A DNA stretch of 64,000 nucleotides from an uncultured Actinomycetota bacterium (GCA_964510515.1 CAZEAU010000011.1:4712-68711); one strand, 5' to 3'. Positions 19,608 through 31,907 are shown, counted from the first letter of the stretch. The notes: generated by a model from the letters alone, not told the origin. Translations and numbers: made by a program.

Positions 19608-19796
19608 CTACTTGAGGCCGCCTTTGCGCCCGATCTCCTGGTAGAACTCCGTGCCGTATCTTTCCTTCGTGGTCTGGCCGCCCTTGCGGCCGCCCTTTTG
19701 CCCGATCTTCTGGTAGAACTCCGTGCCGTACTTCTTGAGCGTGGTCTTACCTCCCTTGCGGCCTGCCTCACTCCTGGTCAGTTTCCGGTTCGCCAT
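19608..19796 (-). CDS. KGG-repeat general stress protein (GsiB/Em-like)
   Basis: EAGRKGG, EFYQKIGQKGG, EFYQEIGRKGG repeats. ATG 19796 with an AAGGAGG SD. Confidence 0.9.
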   Translation of the reverse strand: MANRKLTRSEAGRKGGKTTLKKYGTEFYQKIGQKGGRKGGQTTKERYGTEFYQEIGRKGGLK

Positions 19797-19866
19797 CAGC
19801 GATCCCTCCTTGCCAAATGCCCTACCGGACGCCGCTATCAGCGACGCAAGCTGCTCAATACTTGTT

Positions 19867-19892
19867 TTACCCAATATCTGGCGGGTTTAATC
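19867..19892 (-). promoter_or_regulatory. SigB/SigF-type stress promoter
   Basis: GATTAA-N14-GGGTAA upstream of the KGG gene. Confidence 0.6.
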
Positions 19893-19943
19893 GTCGGCGC
19901 GGGGGCGGACCCGCGGGCCCTTCCGGGTGCTGGGGGGAGCGGG

Positions 19944-22454
<2,511 letters not shown>

Positions 22455-22508
22455 GGCTCAATTATATGCGCTGGGGCCGACCTCGCCCTCGCCCCGCGAC
22501 CGGGGAGC

Positions 22509-22964
22509 TCAGCGCAGAAGCGCGGCGGCGGCGGCGCAGAGCGCGAGTATGCCGGCATAGGGGATGGTCCTCGCGGGCGCGCGGGCGCCCGCCCCCCCCG
22601 CGATACGCCGGCGGCGGTGCTCCGCCGCCAGCACCCACAATGCCGCTATCCCCCCCGCCGCCGCGCCGCAGGAGAAAGAGACCCAGAGGAGACCGGGGCC
22701 CGCCGCCATGCCGACTACGGCGAGGGTTTTCACATCACCCCCGCCGACCATGCCCAGGAGGAAGAAGGGGAGTAGCAGCGCCAGCCCCAGGGCCATGCCC
22801 TCCAGCCCCGCGCGCAGGGAGCCCCAGCCCCCGGCGGCGGCCAGCGCCCCCCCCGTCACCGCCGCTGCGAGGATGAGGCGGTTGGGGACCCGGCGGTAGC
22901 GCAGGTCGTAATAGGCGGCGCAGAGCGCGAAGGTCCAGAGCAGGGTCAGCCTGGCTGTCCACAT
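22509..22964 (-). CDS. Prepilin peptidase, A24 family (CpaA/TadV-like)
   Basis: YDLRYRRVPN and GGGDVK aspartyl motifs, TIPY; TM helices. Confidence 0.9.
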   Translation of the reverse strand: MWTARLTLLWTFALCAAYYDLRYRRVPNRLILAAAVTGGALAAAGGWGSLRAGLEGMALGLALLLPFFLLGMVGGGDVKTLAVVGMAAGPGLLWVSFSCGAAAGGIAALWVLAAEHRRRRIAGGAGARAPARTIPYAGILALCAAAAALLR

Positions 22965-22982
22965 CGTGACCGCCCCCGGGGC

Positions 22983-23171
22983 TCAGCCCAGGGCCCCCAT
23001 GAGCTGCTGGAATATCTTGTTGAAGAAGCTCTTGATGACATTCGTCCCTCCGGCCCAGGCGATGAGCGCCCCGGCCACGGCCGCGGCGCCGAGGATGACC
23101 AGGGCGTATTCGGCCGTGGTCTGCGCCGTTTCGTCGCCGATGATGTCCAGGGGATTGCGCACGCGAATCAC
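22983..23171 (-). CDS. flp: Flp-family type IVb pilin
   Basis: DETAQTTAEYAL followed by a hydrophobic helix; 62 aa; lies between tadC and the peptidase. Confidence 0.85.
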   Translation of the reverse strand: MIRVRNPLDIIGDETAQTTAEYALVILGAAAVAGALIAWAGGTNVIKSFFNKIFQQLMGALG

Positions 23172-23186
23172 CTCCTTTTTACGACT

Positions 23187-24038
23187 CTACGGGGCATGGC
23201 CGAGGATCATGCCGCCCACGGTGAGGAGGAGGAAGGAGGGGAGGATGAGAAATACCAGGGGGAGGAGGATGAGCACCGAGACGCGCGCGGCGTGCACCCG
23301 GTCTTTCTCCCGCCTGGCGTTTCTGAGCTCCGTCGCCAGCTCCTCCAGGGTGTCGGCCACGGGAGCGCCGAACTCCTCGGCCCGGGCCAGGGTGCGGCTG
23401 AAGCGGCGCATCTCCCGGCACGGGTGGTCGCGCGCGGCGCGCAGCGCCGCGGCAGCGCTCTCGCCCATGCGTATGCGCTCGAGCACGCGCTCCATCTCCT
23501 CGCGCGAACAGGGATTGCTGCAGGCGGATGCGGCGTGGCGAAAGGCGGACGGCAAGCTCTCGCCCGAGTAGCAGAGCACGGCCATGAGGTCCACCACCTC
23601 GGGGAGGTCGCGGGCGAGGCGCTCACGGCGCCGGGCGGCCATCCTCTTGAGCAGGAGGAGTGGCAGCCGGCGGCCCGCCGCGAAGAGGAGGGGGGCGAGG
23701 GCCAGGGCGGGAAGGCCCAGGGGGAGGCAGAGGGCGGCGAGCGAGAGTCCCGCGGCGGCGCGCATCCCCTGGAGGTAATGCGGCGACCATCCCGTCCCCG
23801 ACCCGGCCAGAACCGCGAGCGCCTCCTCCCCGGGCTCGGGGGATACTGCTTTCCCCAGCCGGATAACCCATGCCCGCGGAGGCGGGGGGAGGCGGAGCGC
23901 CGCGCGCGCGGCCGGGCCCTCCTTGTCCTCCAGGGCGGTCGCGCTGAGGGCGAAGGCACGGCGCGCGCGGCGCCTCGCGGCGCGCAGGGCCAGGGCGGCC
24001 AGCGCGAGGGCGGCGAAGGCGGCGGCGGCGAGGTCCAT
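23187..24038 (-). CDS. tadC: Type II secretion system F family protein, TadC-like
   Basis: LPEVVDLMA....G.S...A, G.PVADTL, ...LILP; second F-domain gene of the operon. Confidence 0.85.
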   Translation of the reverse strand: MDLAAAAFAALALAALALRAARRRARRAFALSATALEDKEGPAARAALRLPPPPRAWVIRLGKAVSPEPGEEALAVLAGSGTGWSPHYLQGMRAAAGLSLAALCLPLGLPALALAPLLFAAGRRLPLLLLKRMAARRRERLARDLPEVVDLMAVLCYSGESLPSAFRHAASACSNPCSREEMERVLERIRMGESAAAALRAARDHPCREMRRFSRTLARAEEFGAPVADTLEELATELRNARREKDRVHAARVSVLILLPLVFLILPSFLLLTVGGMILGHAP

Positions 24039-24899
24039 CTATGCCTCCTCGCCGACCATTCTGCGGATGATGATGAAGGCGGCGGCGTTGAGCGCCAGCG
24101 CCACGGCGATGATCACGTTCCCCGTGGGGGTGGCCAGGAGCGGGCGCAGCGAGCGCGGGTTCAGGGCCGCCTGCACGAGGAGGAACACCGCGGGCAGGGA
24201 GGCGACGAGGTACCCGGAGGCGCGGCTCTGGGAGGTGAGGATGCGGGCCTCGCGCCTCGCCTCCAGGCCGCTCGCCACGCGCCGGCGCAGCCTCTCCAGG
24301 ATGCGGGGAAGGTCGCCTCCCTTGCCGTGCATGAGGCCGATAACGGAAAAAGTGAGGCGCAGCGAGGGAGAGGAAGACCCGGCGGCGGCACTGGACATGG
24401 CCTCCTCCAGGCCGCTTCCCATGCGCAGCTCCTTGAGCACCCCCTTGATGTCTTCGCCCAGTTCCGGCCCGACGTCTTCCCGGCTCACCTCCAGGGCCTG
24501 CCGCAGCGAGAGCCCCGCGCGCAGAGACTGCGAGAGCGAGTCGATGAGCTCCGTGACCTGCTCCTCCTTTCTCGCCCTGGCCCTGCCGCGTGCGCGCCCG
24601 CTCAAGAGCCCCCTCGCCAGCGTGCCCGCGGGCCAGAGCAGGGAGGCGAGGAGCACGCTGCGCGTCAGCAGCAGGGCGGCCAGGGAGAGCAGGGCGGGAA
24701 GGATGAACAGGCGGCGCTTCCCCGCTGCCGCGAGCAGGAAAGCCCCCAAGGCGCGGCGCGGCCGCCCGGTGTGCTCGTCCCCGCCGCCGGCGGACAGCAG
24801 GGCCAAAGATCTCTCCCTCCTCCTGGCGGGGACGCCGCGGGCGAGCGAGGCCAGGCTCAGCGCGATGAGCGCGCAGGAGGCCGCCAGGACCGTTTTCAT
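24039..24899 (-). CDS. tadB: Type II secretion system F family protein, TadB-like
   Basis: SLRAGLSL.QAL, GGDL..IL, LTSQ.R.S motifs. Confidence 0.85.
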   Translation of the reverse strand: MKTVLAASCALIALSLASLARGVPARRRERSLALLSAGGGDEHTGRPRRALGAFLLAAAGKRRLFILPALLSLAALLLTRSVLLASLLWPAGTLARGLLSGRARGRARARKEEQVTELIDSLSQSLRAGLSLRQALEVSREDVGPELGEDIKGVLKELRMGSGLEEAMSSAAAGSSSPSLRLTFSVIGLMHGKGGDLPRILERLRRRVASGLEARREARILTSQSRASGYLVASLPAVFLLVQAALNPRSLRPLLATPTGNVIIAVALALNAAAFIIIRRMVGEEA

Positions 24900-26137
24900 C
24901 CCGGGGTCGGGGCGGGGACCTCGACCTTCACCACCTTCCGCGCCGTGTCGGCATCGCCGTCGGAGGCGATGAGCTTGAGGGGAGCGGTTTCCTCCCCCGG
25001 GGCGGAGGAGGCGGAGACGGCGGCGGGGGCGAGGCGCATCCCCTCGGCGTTGCGCTCCATGACCACCATCTCGCCCACCCGCCGCTCGCCGCCGGGAGAG
25101 CGTTCCATGTGCACCATGACGTCCACCGCCCGCTCTATCTGCTCCCTCAGCGTGTGGGCGGGAAGCCCCACGCCCGCGGTCAAGGCCATGGTCTCCAGGC
25201 GGGAGAGGGCGTCGCGCGGCGAGTTCGCGTGCACCGTGGTCATGGATCCGCGGTGCCCCGTGTTCAACGCCTGCAAAAGGTCCAGGGCTTCGGGTCCCCT
25301 CACCTCGCCGACGATGATGCGATCGGGGCGCATTCTAAGCGCGTTGCGCAGCAGGTCCCTCATGGTGACCTCCCCCCTGCCCTCCAGGTTGGGGGGACGG
25401 GTCTCGAGCGGCACCACGTGCGCCCGCTGCAGCCGCAGCTCGGCCGCATCCTCCAGGGTGATGACGCGTTCCTCTTCGCCGATGCAGGAGGAGAAAGTGC
25501 CCAGGAGCGTGGTCTTGCCCGTGCCCGTCCCTCCCGAGATGACCACGCTTCTCTTCTCCCTCACCGCCCTTGCGAGGAACACGGCCTGGCCGCGCGTGAG
25601 CGTCCCCAGGGACACCATCTCCTCGATACTGTAGGGGCGGCTGCGGAATTTGCGTATGGTCAGCACCGGCCCCAGGAGGGAGAGGGGTGGCAGGATGACG
25701 TTGACCCGGGAGCCGTCGGGGAGCCTGGCGTCCACGTAAGGGGAGGCCTCGTCTACGTGCAGGCCCAGGGGGCCGATGATGCGGTCGATGATGCGGTAGA
25801 TTTCCCCCTCGCCCTCCAGCGCGACCTCACAGGGCAGGATGCGGCCCGCCCGCTCCACGTAAACACCGTGGGCGCCGTTGACCATGATCTCGCTGATCTC
25901 CTCGTTGCGCACCAGCGCCTCCAGCGGGCCAAGGCCCAGGATCTCGTCCAGGAGCCTCTGCAGCAGGCGCTGCATCTCGCGGGGGTCGAGGACGAGGCCC
26001 TCCTCCCAGGCCACCTCCCTCGCCGTGCGCAGGAGCCACTTCCTGTTCTCCGCTGCGCCGCACTGCGTGAGGAGGGCGGCGTCCGCGCCCATCCTCTCCC
26101 CCACCTTCTCCTTCAACCTGGCATAGACTTCCCTCAT
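24896..26137 (-). CDS. tadA: CpaF/TadA pilus assembly ATPase
   Basis: [63 protein letters not shown]. Confidence 0.95.
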   Translation of the reverse strand: MREVYARLKEKVGERMGADAALLTQCGAAENRKWLLRTAREVAWEEGLVLDPREMQRLLQRLLDEILGLGPLEALVRNEEISEIMVNGAHGVYVERAGRILPCEVALEGEGEIYRIIDRIIGPLGLHVDEASPYVDARLPDGSRVNVILPPLSLLGPVLTIRKFRSRPYSIEEMVSLGTLTRGQAVFLARAVREKRSVVISGGTGTGKTTLLGTFSSCIGEEERVITLEDAAELRLQRAHVVPLETRPPNLEGRGEVTMRDLLRNALRMRPDRIIVGEVRGPEALDLLQALNTGHRGSMTTVHANSPRDALSRLETMALTAGVGLPAHTLREQIERAVDVMVHMERSPGGERRVGEMVVMERNAEGMRLAPAAVSASSAPGEETAPLKLIASDGDADTARKVVKVEVPAPTPG

Positions 26138-27372
26138 CTTCTACCTCCGTTCAGGAGCGCGCCGCCGCGCCGCCTCCACGCGCGCCCGGGGGCGGCGTCG
26201 CCGGCGCGGGCCGCGCCGCCGTATCCGAGGGAGGCGGCCACGGCGAGCATGTTCCTCCCCAGGGGGGAGTCGGCGCGGGGCAGGCTCCCCAGCTCCGCGA
26301 AGTCGAGGCCGGAGCGGGGGTCGTCAGGCAGGGCGGCGATGAGGTCTATGCCCGCCGCCCGGGCCAGCTCGGGTGGGCTCAAGGTGTGGTGGGGCCCGCA
26401 GGCGTTGACCACCAGCTTGAGGCGGTCGTGCTCCAGGCCCGCCCGCAGCAGGGCCGAGGCCGCGCCGCGGGCGCAGGTGGCGGCCAGGGTGTCCGGGCGG
26501 GAGACCAGCAGCACCGTGGGGTCGTGGACGAGGAGGGGAGGAAAAGCGCGCAGGAAACCCGCGTGGTGGTCGAAGACGACGAGGTCGAAGAGGAAGAGCA
26601 GGTTGCGCAGCAGGGCCCCGGGAGCGGCATCGGGCGTGGCGCCGTCGCCGCAGGGGAGGAGGTGAAAGCCGGCGGCATGGCGGTGTACCGATACCCGGAT
26701 GAGGTCCCACGAGACATCCTCCGCCAGCGGCAGGAGGTCCGATACCGTTTTTCCCTCGCCGCGGGGCTTGAGGAAGAGAAGCTGGGAGAGGGAACGCCTG
26801 CCCTCCATGAGCAGCACGCGCCTGCCCGCGGAGGAGGCGGCCGCGGCCAGCGAACAGGCGAGGAGCGTGCTGCCCACCCCCCCCTTGCACCCCACCAGGA
26901 TGAGCAGGCCGCTTCTTCTCCCTGCCTCCCCCTCTCTCCCCCGCTGCGGGCGGGGAAGTCCCTCTCCCGCGCGATGTATGTCCAGCACGCGCTTGACCTC
27001 GGCATAGAGTTCCTCCCGGCCGCATGCGGCGGCGTCGATGAGCCCGCCATATTTCAAGGGCAGGCGCAGCAGTTCCGCCAGCCTGTCCTCGCCCCAAGTC
27101 TCCCCGGCGTGCGAGATGAAGAAGGTGACGGGCGCGCTCAGCCAGGCGGCGTCCTGGGCGGGCCCCGTGGCCGGATCCAGGTCCTCCAGCAGGGAGGGCG
27201 AGGCGAGGAGCGCGTGCGGACGGAAGCGTTGCAGCAGGCGCACGAGGTCGGAGACGGAACGCGCTATCCCGCAGAGGTCCAGAAGGGGGTGGCTCTCGAG
27301 CGAGGAGATGATGCCCGGCGCCATCTCCCCAGCGGATAGTGCCACCGCAACCGCTATCGATTCCATGTTCAT
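26134..27372 (-). CDS. CpaE/TadZ-like pilus assembly protein (receiver-like + ParA/MinD)
   Basis: GCKGGVGST deviant Walker A. Start placed at ATG 27372 (or 27366) downstream of the AT-rich promoter region. Confidence 0.8.
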   Translation of the reverse strand: MNMESIAVAVALSAGEMAPGIISSLESHPLLDLCGIARSVSDLVRLLQRFRPHALLASPSLLEDLDPATGPAQDAAWLSAPVTFFISHAGETWGEDRLAELLRLPLKYGGLIDAAACGREELYAEVKRVLDIHRAGEGLPRPQRGREGEAGRRSGLLILVGCKGGVGSTLLACSLAAAASSAGRRVLLMEGRRSLSQLLFLKPRGEGKTVSDLLPLAEDVSWDLIRVSVHRHAAGFHLLPCGDGATPDAAPGALLRNLLFLFDLVVFDHHAGFLRAFPPLLVHDPTVLLVSRPDTLAATCARGAASALLRAGLEHDRLKLVVNACGPHHTLSPPELARAAGIDLIAALPDDPRSGLDFAELGSLPRADSPLGRNMLAVAASLGYGGAARAGDAAPGRAWRRRGGALLNGGRR

Positions 27373-27380
27373 CCACCACC

Positions 27381-27426
27381 TGTCATATAACATGATAAAG
27401 ATACATAAGTTAATTATAATTGTCAA
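27381..27426 (-). promoter_or_regulatory. AT-rich promoter region of the tad operon
   Basis: TTGACA (27426-27421), TATAAT-like boxes and an ATGTTATATGACA motif. Confidence 0.55.
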
Positions 27427-27617
27427 TATGCTGCCGGGGCCCACCCGATGTGCGCGCCGCGCGTGCCCCCGCCGGGAGCGGGTCTCCACGCCCCACGCGC
27501 CGGCGACGGGGAACCCGCGTCAAGCATGCTGCGTCTGGTTTGAAATAGGCGGCTCTGTTGTGATAAAAAGAGGCGTAAGCTGCGCCGACGGATACCCGGA
27601 AGGACGGATTCGAGCCC

Positions 27618-28364
27618 ATGCAGATGCGGAGAGGGAAAAGCGCGCCGGCGGCGGTGGCGGCGCTCCTGGCGCTGGTTCTCATCCTGGCCTCGGCCGCGGG
27701 GTGCGGCGGCGAGGGCGGGGGCGGGGAGGAAACGGCCGAGCCGGGCATGGAGGAGCTCTGGGCCAGGGCGGAGCAGGCGGACAGCGCCATCGAGTCCTGG
27801 CACATGGAGATCGCCAGCTATTACGAGAACACCCAGTATGGCAGCGGCCAGATCCAGAGCATCATCATCGCCGTCAACGGGGACGACCTGCACGAGCAGG
27901 ACCTGCTCCTGGGGCAGGTGTATTTCGAGCATAAGCGCGTGGGGGGGAAGCAGTACAACAAGGATGTGGCCGCCGGCACCTGGAGCGAGGTGGCGCCCGA
28001 CGAGACCTCCTCCGCGGACGTCTCCGCCTATACCTCCCGCTTCCTGGAGCTCCCCGCCCTGGCCGATACCCGGGAATACCTGGGCAGGGAGGCGGAGGGT
28101 GACGGCGAGGCGGAGCGCTTCCGCTTTACCCTGGGCCCCGAGAGCGTGAGGGGGATGTTCTCCGCCCAGCCCTCTTTCGACTTCAGCGAGAACGACGGCG
28201 GCGAGGTCGAGGTGTGGATAGACAGCAGCCATTACTATCTCGTCCGCTACGAGCTCTTGATCAGAAACGTGATCATCCCGGAGAAGATAGGCAGGGGAGA
28301 TATCAGGTTCGTGGTCAGCATCCGCGATATCAACCAGCCGGTAATTATTACTCCCCCCGCCTGA
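27618..28364 (+). CDS. Lipoprotein (LppX/LprAFG- or LolA-like fold suspected)
   Basis: Signal peptide ending ...ASAAGC; C-terminal VEVWID....L.R...F.DINQPV.I..P pattern. Confidence 0.7.
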   Translation: MQMRRGKSAPAAVAALLALVLILASAAGCGGEGGGGEETAEPGMEELWARAEQADSAIESWHMEIASYYENTQYGSGQIQSIIIAVNGDDLHEQDLLLGQVYFEHKRVGGKQYNKDVAAGTWSEVAPDETSSADVSAYTSRFLELPALADTREYLGREAEGDGEAERFRFTLGPESVRGMFSAQPSFDFSENDGGEVEVWIDSSHYYLVRYELLIRNVIIPEKIGRGDIRFVVSIRDINQPVIITPPA

Positions 28365-28502
28365 CCGCGCATCGCGGGGTTGCGGACCCCGCCCGCGGCC
28401 CCCGGCCGCGACGTTAGCCTCAGGCCCGGCTGCTTGGTACCATGGGTGATGGAGGGCGGACGGAGAGGCGGTGGCGCAAGCGGCGGACATGGAGGTGTGG
28501 CA

Positions 28503-29762
28503 TTGAACTGCCCCAGGCATCCCAATAAGCGCGCGGTGGCTTCCTGTAAGGACTGCGGCGGGCAGTTCTGCATCGAATGTGTTCGGGAGACCGACCAGAC
28601 CACCCTGTGCCCGGACTGCTACCGCCGCAAAATGGGCGATATCGCGCGGGAGTTCGCCGCGCCCGCCCCGCCGCGCGCCGGGCGCGGCCCGGCCCCGGAC
28701 CCGACCACGGCGCCGGCGGAGGATTTTCTCTCCCAGGGCCCCGACGACGACTTCAGCAGCCTCGCCACGAGGCCGCCCCGCTCGGGAAGGCGCCGGGGGC
28801 GCAGGGCATCCCGGATCACCGCCGCGCGGCGGGATCCCGGGGGGGAGGCCGCGGGGGCGAAAGAACCAGCGGAGCGCGAGGAGGCACCGCAGGCAGGCGC
28901 GGAGCCCCCGCCGCGGGCGAAGAGGGCGCTCTCCGCCGCTTCCGGGGGCCCGGCGTCCGAGGACGAATTGTTGCAGGACGTCATGTCCACGCTGCTCAAA
29001 CCGCAGGGCGCCGCGCACGGGGCGGCGGCGGGGGAGACGGGGGCGTCCGCCGCCGGCGAGGACGCCGCGGGAGTCCTCCTGCGCGCGCGGAAGCGCGCGA
29101 AAAGGGCGAGGGTGGAGGCGCGAGAGAAGAGGAAGGCGAAGAAGGCGCTTGCGGCCATGGACGCAGACGGGGGGAGCGGGCCCAGCCAGCGCTGGTCCTT
29201 CCTGGCCCAGCCACGTTCGGTGGAGTACACTCTCATCGCCGACTCCTGGTGGAGGGCGGCGGCCTTCGTGGCCCTAATGTTCCTGCTGGGGATGGCCCTG
29301 TGGGCGCTCCCCAACGCCTACCTCATCCCCAAGGACCAGGAATACGGTATCCATGCCGTGCTCATAGGCATTCTCCTCGGCCTGGCCTTCTGGTGGAAGG
29401 CGAGCAGGAAGCATTCCACCAAGCTCGCCGTACAGGCGGCCCTGACCACCTTCTTCGCGCTCTTTATCGGGGAATTCCTGCACTGGTTCCTGGTGGTTGT
29501 GAGGTTCAGGGCCTTGCGCACCATATTCTTCGACCTCGTCTCCTTCCGCTTCCTGTGGGAAAACGGAGGGGAGGTCCTCAAGTACACCGTGGAGGCGATG
29601 TTTCCCGCCGCCTTCCTCTGGCTGCTCTTCCTTCCCGCCCTGGCCGCCTTCATCGTGGGATTCGGCATGCCCCCCATCCCCGAGATATTCTTCCAGGCAT
29701 GGCATGCCCTCAGGGGGCGTGGGGCGGGGGAAAAGGGAGCGAGGCATGGCCTGGAGACTTGA
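28503..29762 (+). CDS. B-box-type zinc finger membrane protein
   Basis: CPRHP...C..C...C..C...C..C at the N-terminus, low-complexity linker, about five TM helices. Start TTG 28503 after GGAGG (GTG 28497 also possible). Confidence 0.7.
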   Translation: MNCPRHPNKRAVASCKDCGGQFCIECVRETDQTTLCPDCYRRKMGDIAREFAAPAPPRAGRGPAPDPTTAPAEDFLSQGPDDDFSSLATRPPRSGRRRGRRASRITAARRDPGGEAAGAKEPAEREEAPQAGAEPPPRAKRALSAASGGPASEDELLQDVMSTLLKPQGAAHGAAAGETGASAAGEDAAGVLLRARKRAKRARVEAREKRKAKKALAAMDADGGSGPSQRWSFLAQPRSVEYTLIADSWWRAAAFVALMFLLGMALWALPNAYLIPKDQEYGIHAVLIGILLGLAFWWKASRKHSTKLAVQAALTTFFALFIGEFLHWFLVVVRFRALRTIFFDLVSFRFLWENGGEVLKYTVEAMFPAAFLWLLFLPALAAFIVGFGMPPIPEIFFQAWHALRGRGAGEKGARHGLET

Positions 29763-30087
29763 GGAGGTCGAGCCGGGGAGCGGGAGGGGCGTGGTGGAGG
29801 TCGAGGGGGTGGTGGACTCCACCAACCTCGAGGACTTCTTCGCCTTCCTGGGCTCGCTCTTCAAGCGGGGCATCGTCCGCATCGTGCTGGACATGGAGCA
29901 CACCGGATACCTCTCCAGCGGAGGCCTTTCGGTCATCGCCGACGCCTACCGGCGGGCGGAGAAGGAGGGCGGCAAGCTGGTCATAGCCCGTGCCTCCGGC
30001 CTGGTAGCGGAGCTCCTCGAGGTGGCGCAGCTGGACCGGGTCATCGAGCTCTACGGGGGCCTGGAGGAGGCGCTCGCCGCCGTTTGA
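29746..30087 (+). CDS. STAS-domain anti-sigma factor antagonist (RsbV/SpoIIAA-like)
   Basis: IVLDM....YLSSGGL conserved Ser motif, V..LLE...L. Confidence 0.88.
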   Translation: MAWRLEEVEPGSGRGVVEVEGVVDSTNLEDFFAFLGSLFKRGIVRIVLDMEHTGYLSSGGLSVIADAYRRAEKEGGKLVIARASGLVAELLEVAQLDRVIELYGGLEEALAAV

Positions 30088-30096
30088 GCGCGGGCG

Positions 30097-31773
30097 CTAG
30101 ACCGCCACCACGCGCATGACCTCCTCGATGGAGGTCAAACCCATCTTCACCTTGACGAAGCCATCGTCGCGCATGGTCAACAGGCCCTCCTCGATCGCCT
30201 GCTTCATGATCAGGGTGGCGGAGGCCTCCTTCACCGTGAGCCGCTGTATCTCGTCGCTCATGGGCATGACCTCGTAGAGGCCGATGCGCCCCTTGTAGCC
30301 GGTACCGTTGCACCTGGCGCAGCCGCTTTCGTTGGCCCTGTTCAGGACGAGCAGTTCGTCGCCGCCGTTCATGGGGAAGCCCAGGTTCTTGAGCACTTCC
30401 GGATCGGGCTCGTAGGGGACATTGCAGTTCGGGCAGAGCTTCCGCACCAGCCTCTGGGCCAGCACGCAGTTGATGGCCGAGGAGACGAGAAAGGACTCCA
30501 CGCCCATCTCGATGAGGCGCGGCAGGGCGCTGGGGGCGTCGTTGGTGTGCAGGGTCGAGAGTACCAGGTGGCCGGTGAGGGCGGCCTCGATGGCGGTTTT
30601 GGCCGTCTCCGGGTCGCGGATCTCTCCCACCATGAGGATGTCGGGGGAGGTGCGCAGGATATTGCGCAGGGCGTTGGCGAAGCTCAACCCCGCCTTGTGG
30701 TTAACCTGCACCTGGTTTATTCCCGCCAGGCGGTATTCCACCGGGTCCTCAACGGTGGTGATGTTCTTCTCGTCCGTGTTGAGCACGTTGAGGGTGGCGT
30801 AGAGGGAGGTGGACTTGCCGCTCCCGGTGGGCCCCGTGACCAGCAGGGCGCCGTGGGGGAGGGAGAAAGCCTCGCGGTATTTCTCCAGCGACTGGGGTAA
30901 AAAACCCAGGTCCTCCAGCTTGAGCAGGATGCTCGACTTGTCCAGGATGCGCATGACCACCTTCTCCCCGTACACGGTGGGAAGGACGGCGACGCGGAAG
31001 TCTATGGACTTGCCCGACGAGGTCATGCCGAAGTGGCCGTCCTGGGGGATGCGCCGCTCCGCGATATTGAGGTCGGAGATGATCTTGATGCGCGAGACGA
31101 TGCCGGCGTGGATGTTCTTGGGTATCCTTTTTATCTCCTGGCAGACGCCGTCGATGCGGTAGCGGATGAGCACCTCATCCTCCCTGGGATCGATGTGGAT
31201 GTCGCTTGCTCCGCGGTTGATGGCCTCGGCGATCATGGTGGTGGTGAAGCGCACCAGGGGGGTATCCTCCACCACTCCCGAGATGGCCTCGGGCTGGTCC
31301 TCGTCCTTGCCCTCCAGGGCCTCCTCCACCACGTCGGTGTCCAGGTGATAATAGCGCTGGATGGCGCTGAGGATGTCCTCCTTCGCGCTGACCACCGGCT
31401 TGACCTCGTAGCCGGTGCTCAGGCGGATGTCGTCCAGCGCGTAGATGTTGGTGGGGTCGGCCATGGCCACCACCAGCTTGCCGTCCTCGAAATCGATGGG
31501 GATGCAGCTGTAGCGCTGGGCGGTGGCCTCATCTATGGAGGTGGTCGCCTGGATGTTTATCTTGTAATCGAGAAGCTCTTCGTAGCCCAGCCCCAGCTCG
31601 TGGGCGATGACCTCCGCGAGCTGGTTCTCCTTGACCACGCCCATCTCGAGCAGGACCCTGCCCAGGGACGAGCCGGACTCTTTCTGGCGTTCCTGGGCCG
31701 CCTCCAGCTGCTCCTCGTTGATGACATCGTTCTTGATCAGCAGCTGCGACAGCCTGTCCGTGGCTGAAGACAC
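30097..31773 (-). CDS. GspE/PilB family secretion/pilus ATPase
   Basis: ASDIHIDP, RYRIDG, ERRIPQDG, TGPTGSGKST, EDPVEY, GEIRD, GHLVLSTLH, tetracysteine motif, GYKGR. Confidence 0.95.
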   Translation of the reverse strand: MSSATDRLSQLLIKNDVINEEQLEAAQERQKESGSSLGRVLLEMGVVKENQLAEVIAHELGLGYEELLDYKINIQATTSIDEATAQRYSCIPIDFEDGKLVVAMADPTNIYALDDIRLSTGYEVKPVVSAKEDILSAIQRYYHLDTDVVEEALEGKDEDQPEAISGVVEDTPLVRFTTTMIAEAINRGASDIHIDPREDEVLIRYRIDGVCQEIKRIPKNIHAGIVSRIKIISDLNIAERRIPQDGHFGMTSSGKSIDFRVAVLPTVYGEKVVMRILDKSSILLKLEDLGFLPQSLEKYREAFSLPHGALLVTGPTGSGKSTSLYATLNVLNTDEKNITTVEDPVEYRLAGINQVQVNHKAGLSFANALRNILRTSPDILMVGEIRDPETAKTAIEAALTGHLVLSTLHTNDAPSALPRLIEMGVESFLVSSAINCVLAQRLVRKLCPNCNVPYEPDPEVLKNLGFPMNGGDELLVLNRANESGCARCNGTGYKGRIGLYEVMPMSDEIQRLTVKEASATLIMKQAIEEGLLTMRDDGFVKVKMGLTSIEEVMRVVAV

Positions 31774-31907
31774 CGCGCCGTCTCCTCGCTTCCCTCTTCA
31801 TCGGGTCATGCATGTCCCCGCACAATGTACCAATAGCATTAATCGGCGGGCAGGGGGACTTTCTATAGGTGTGTATGGGTGTGCGAGCGCGCCGACCTCG
31901 CCGGCTG

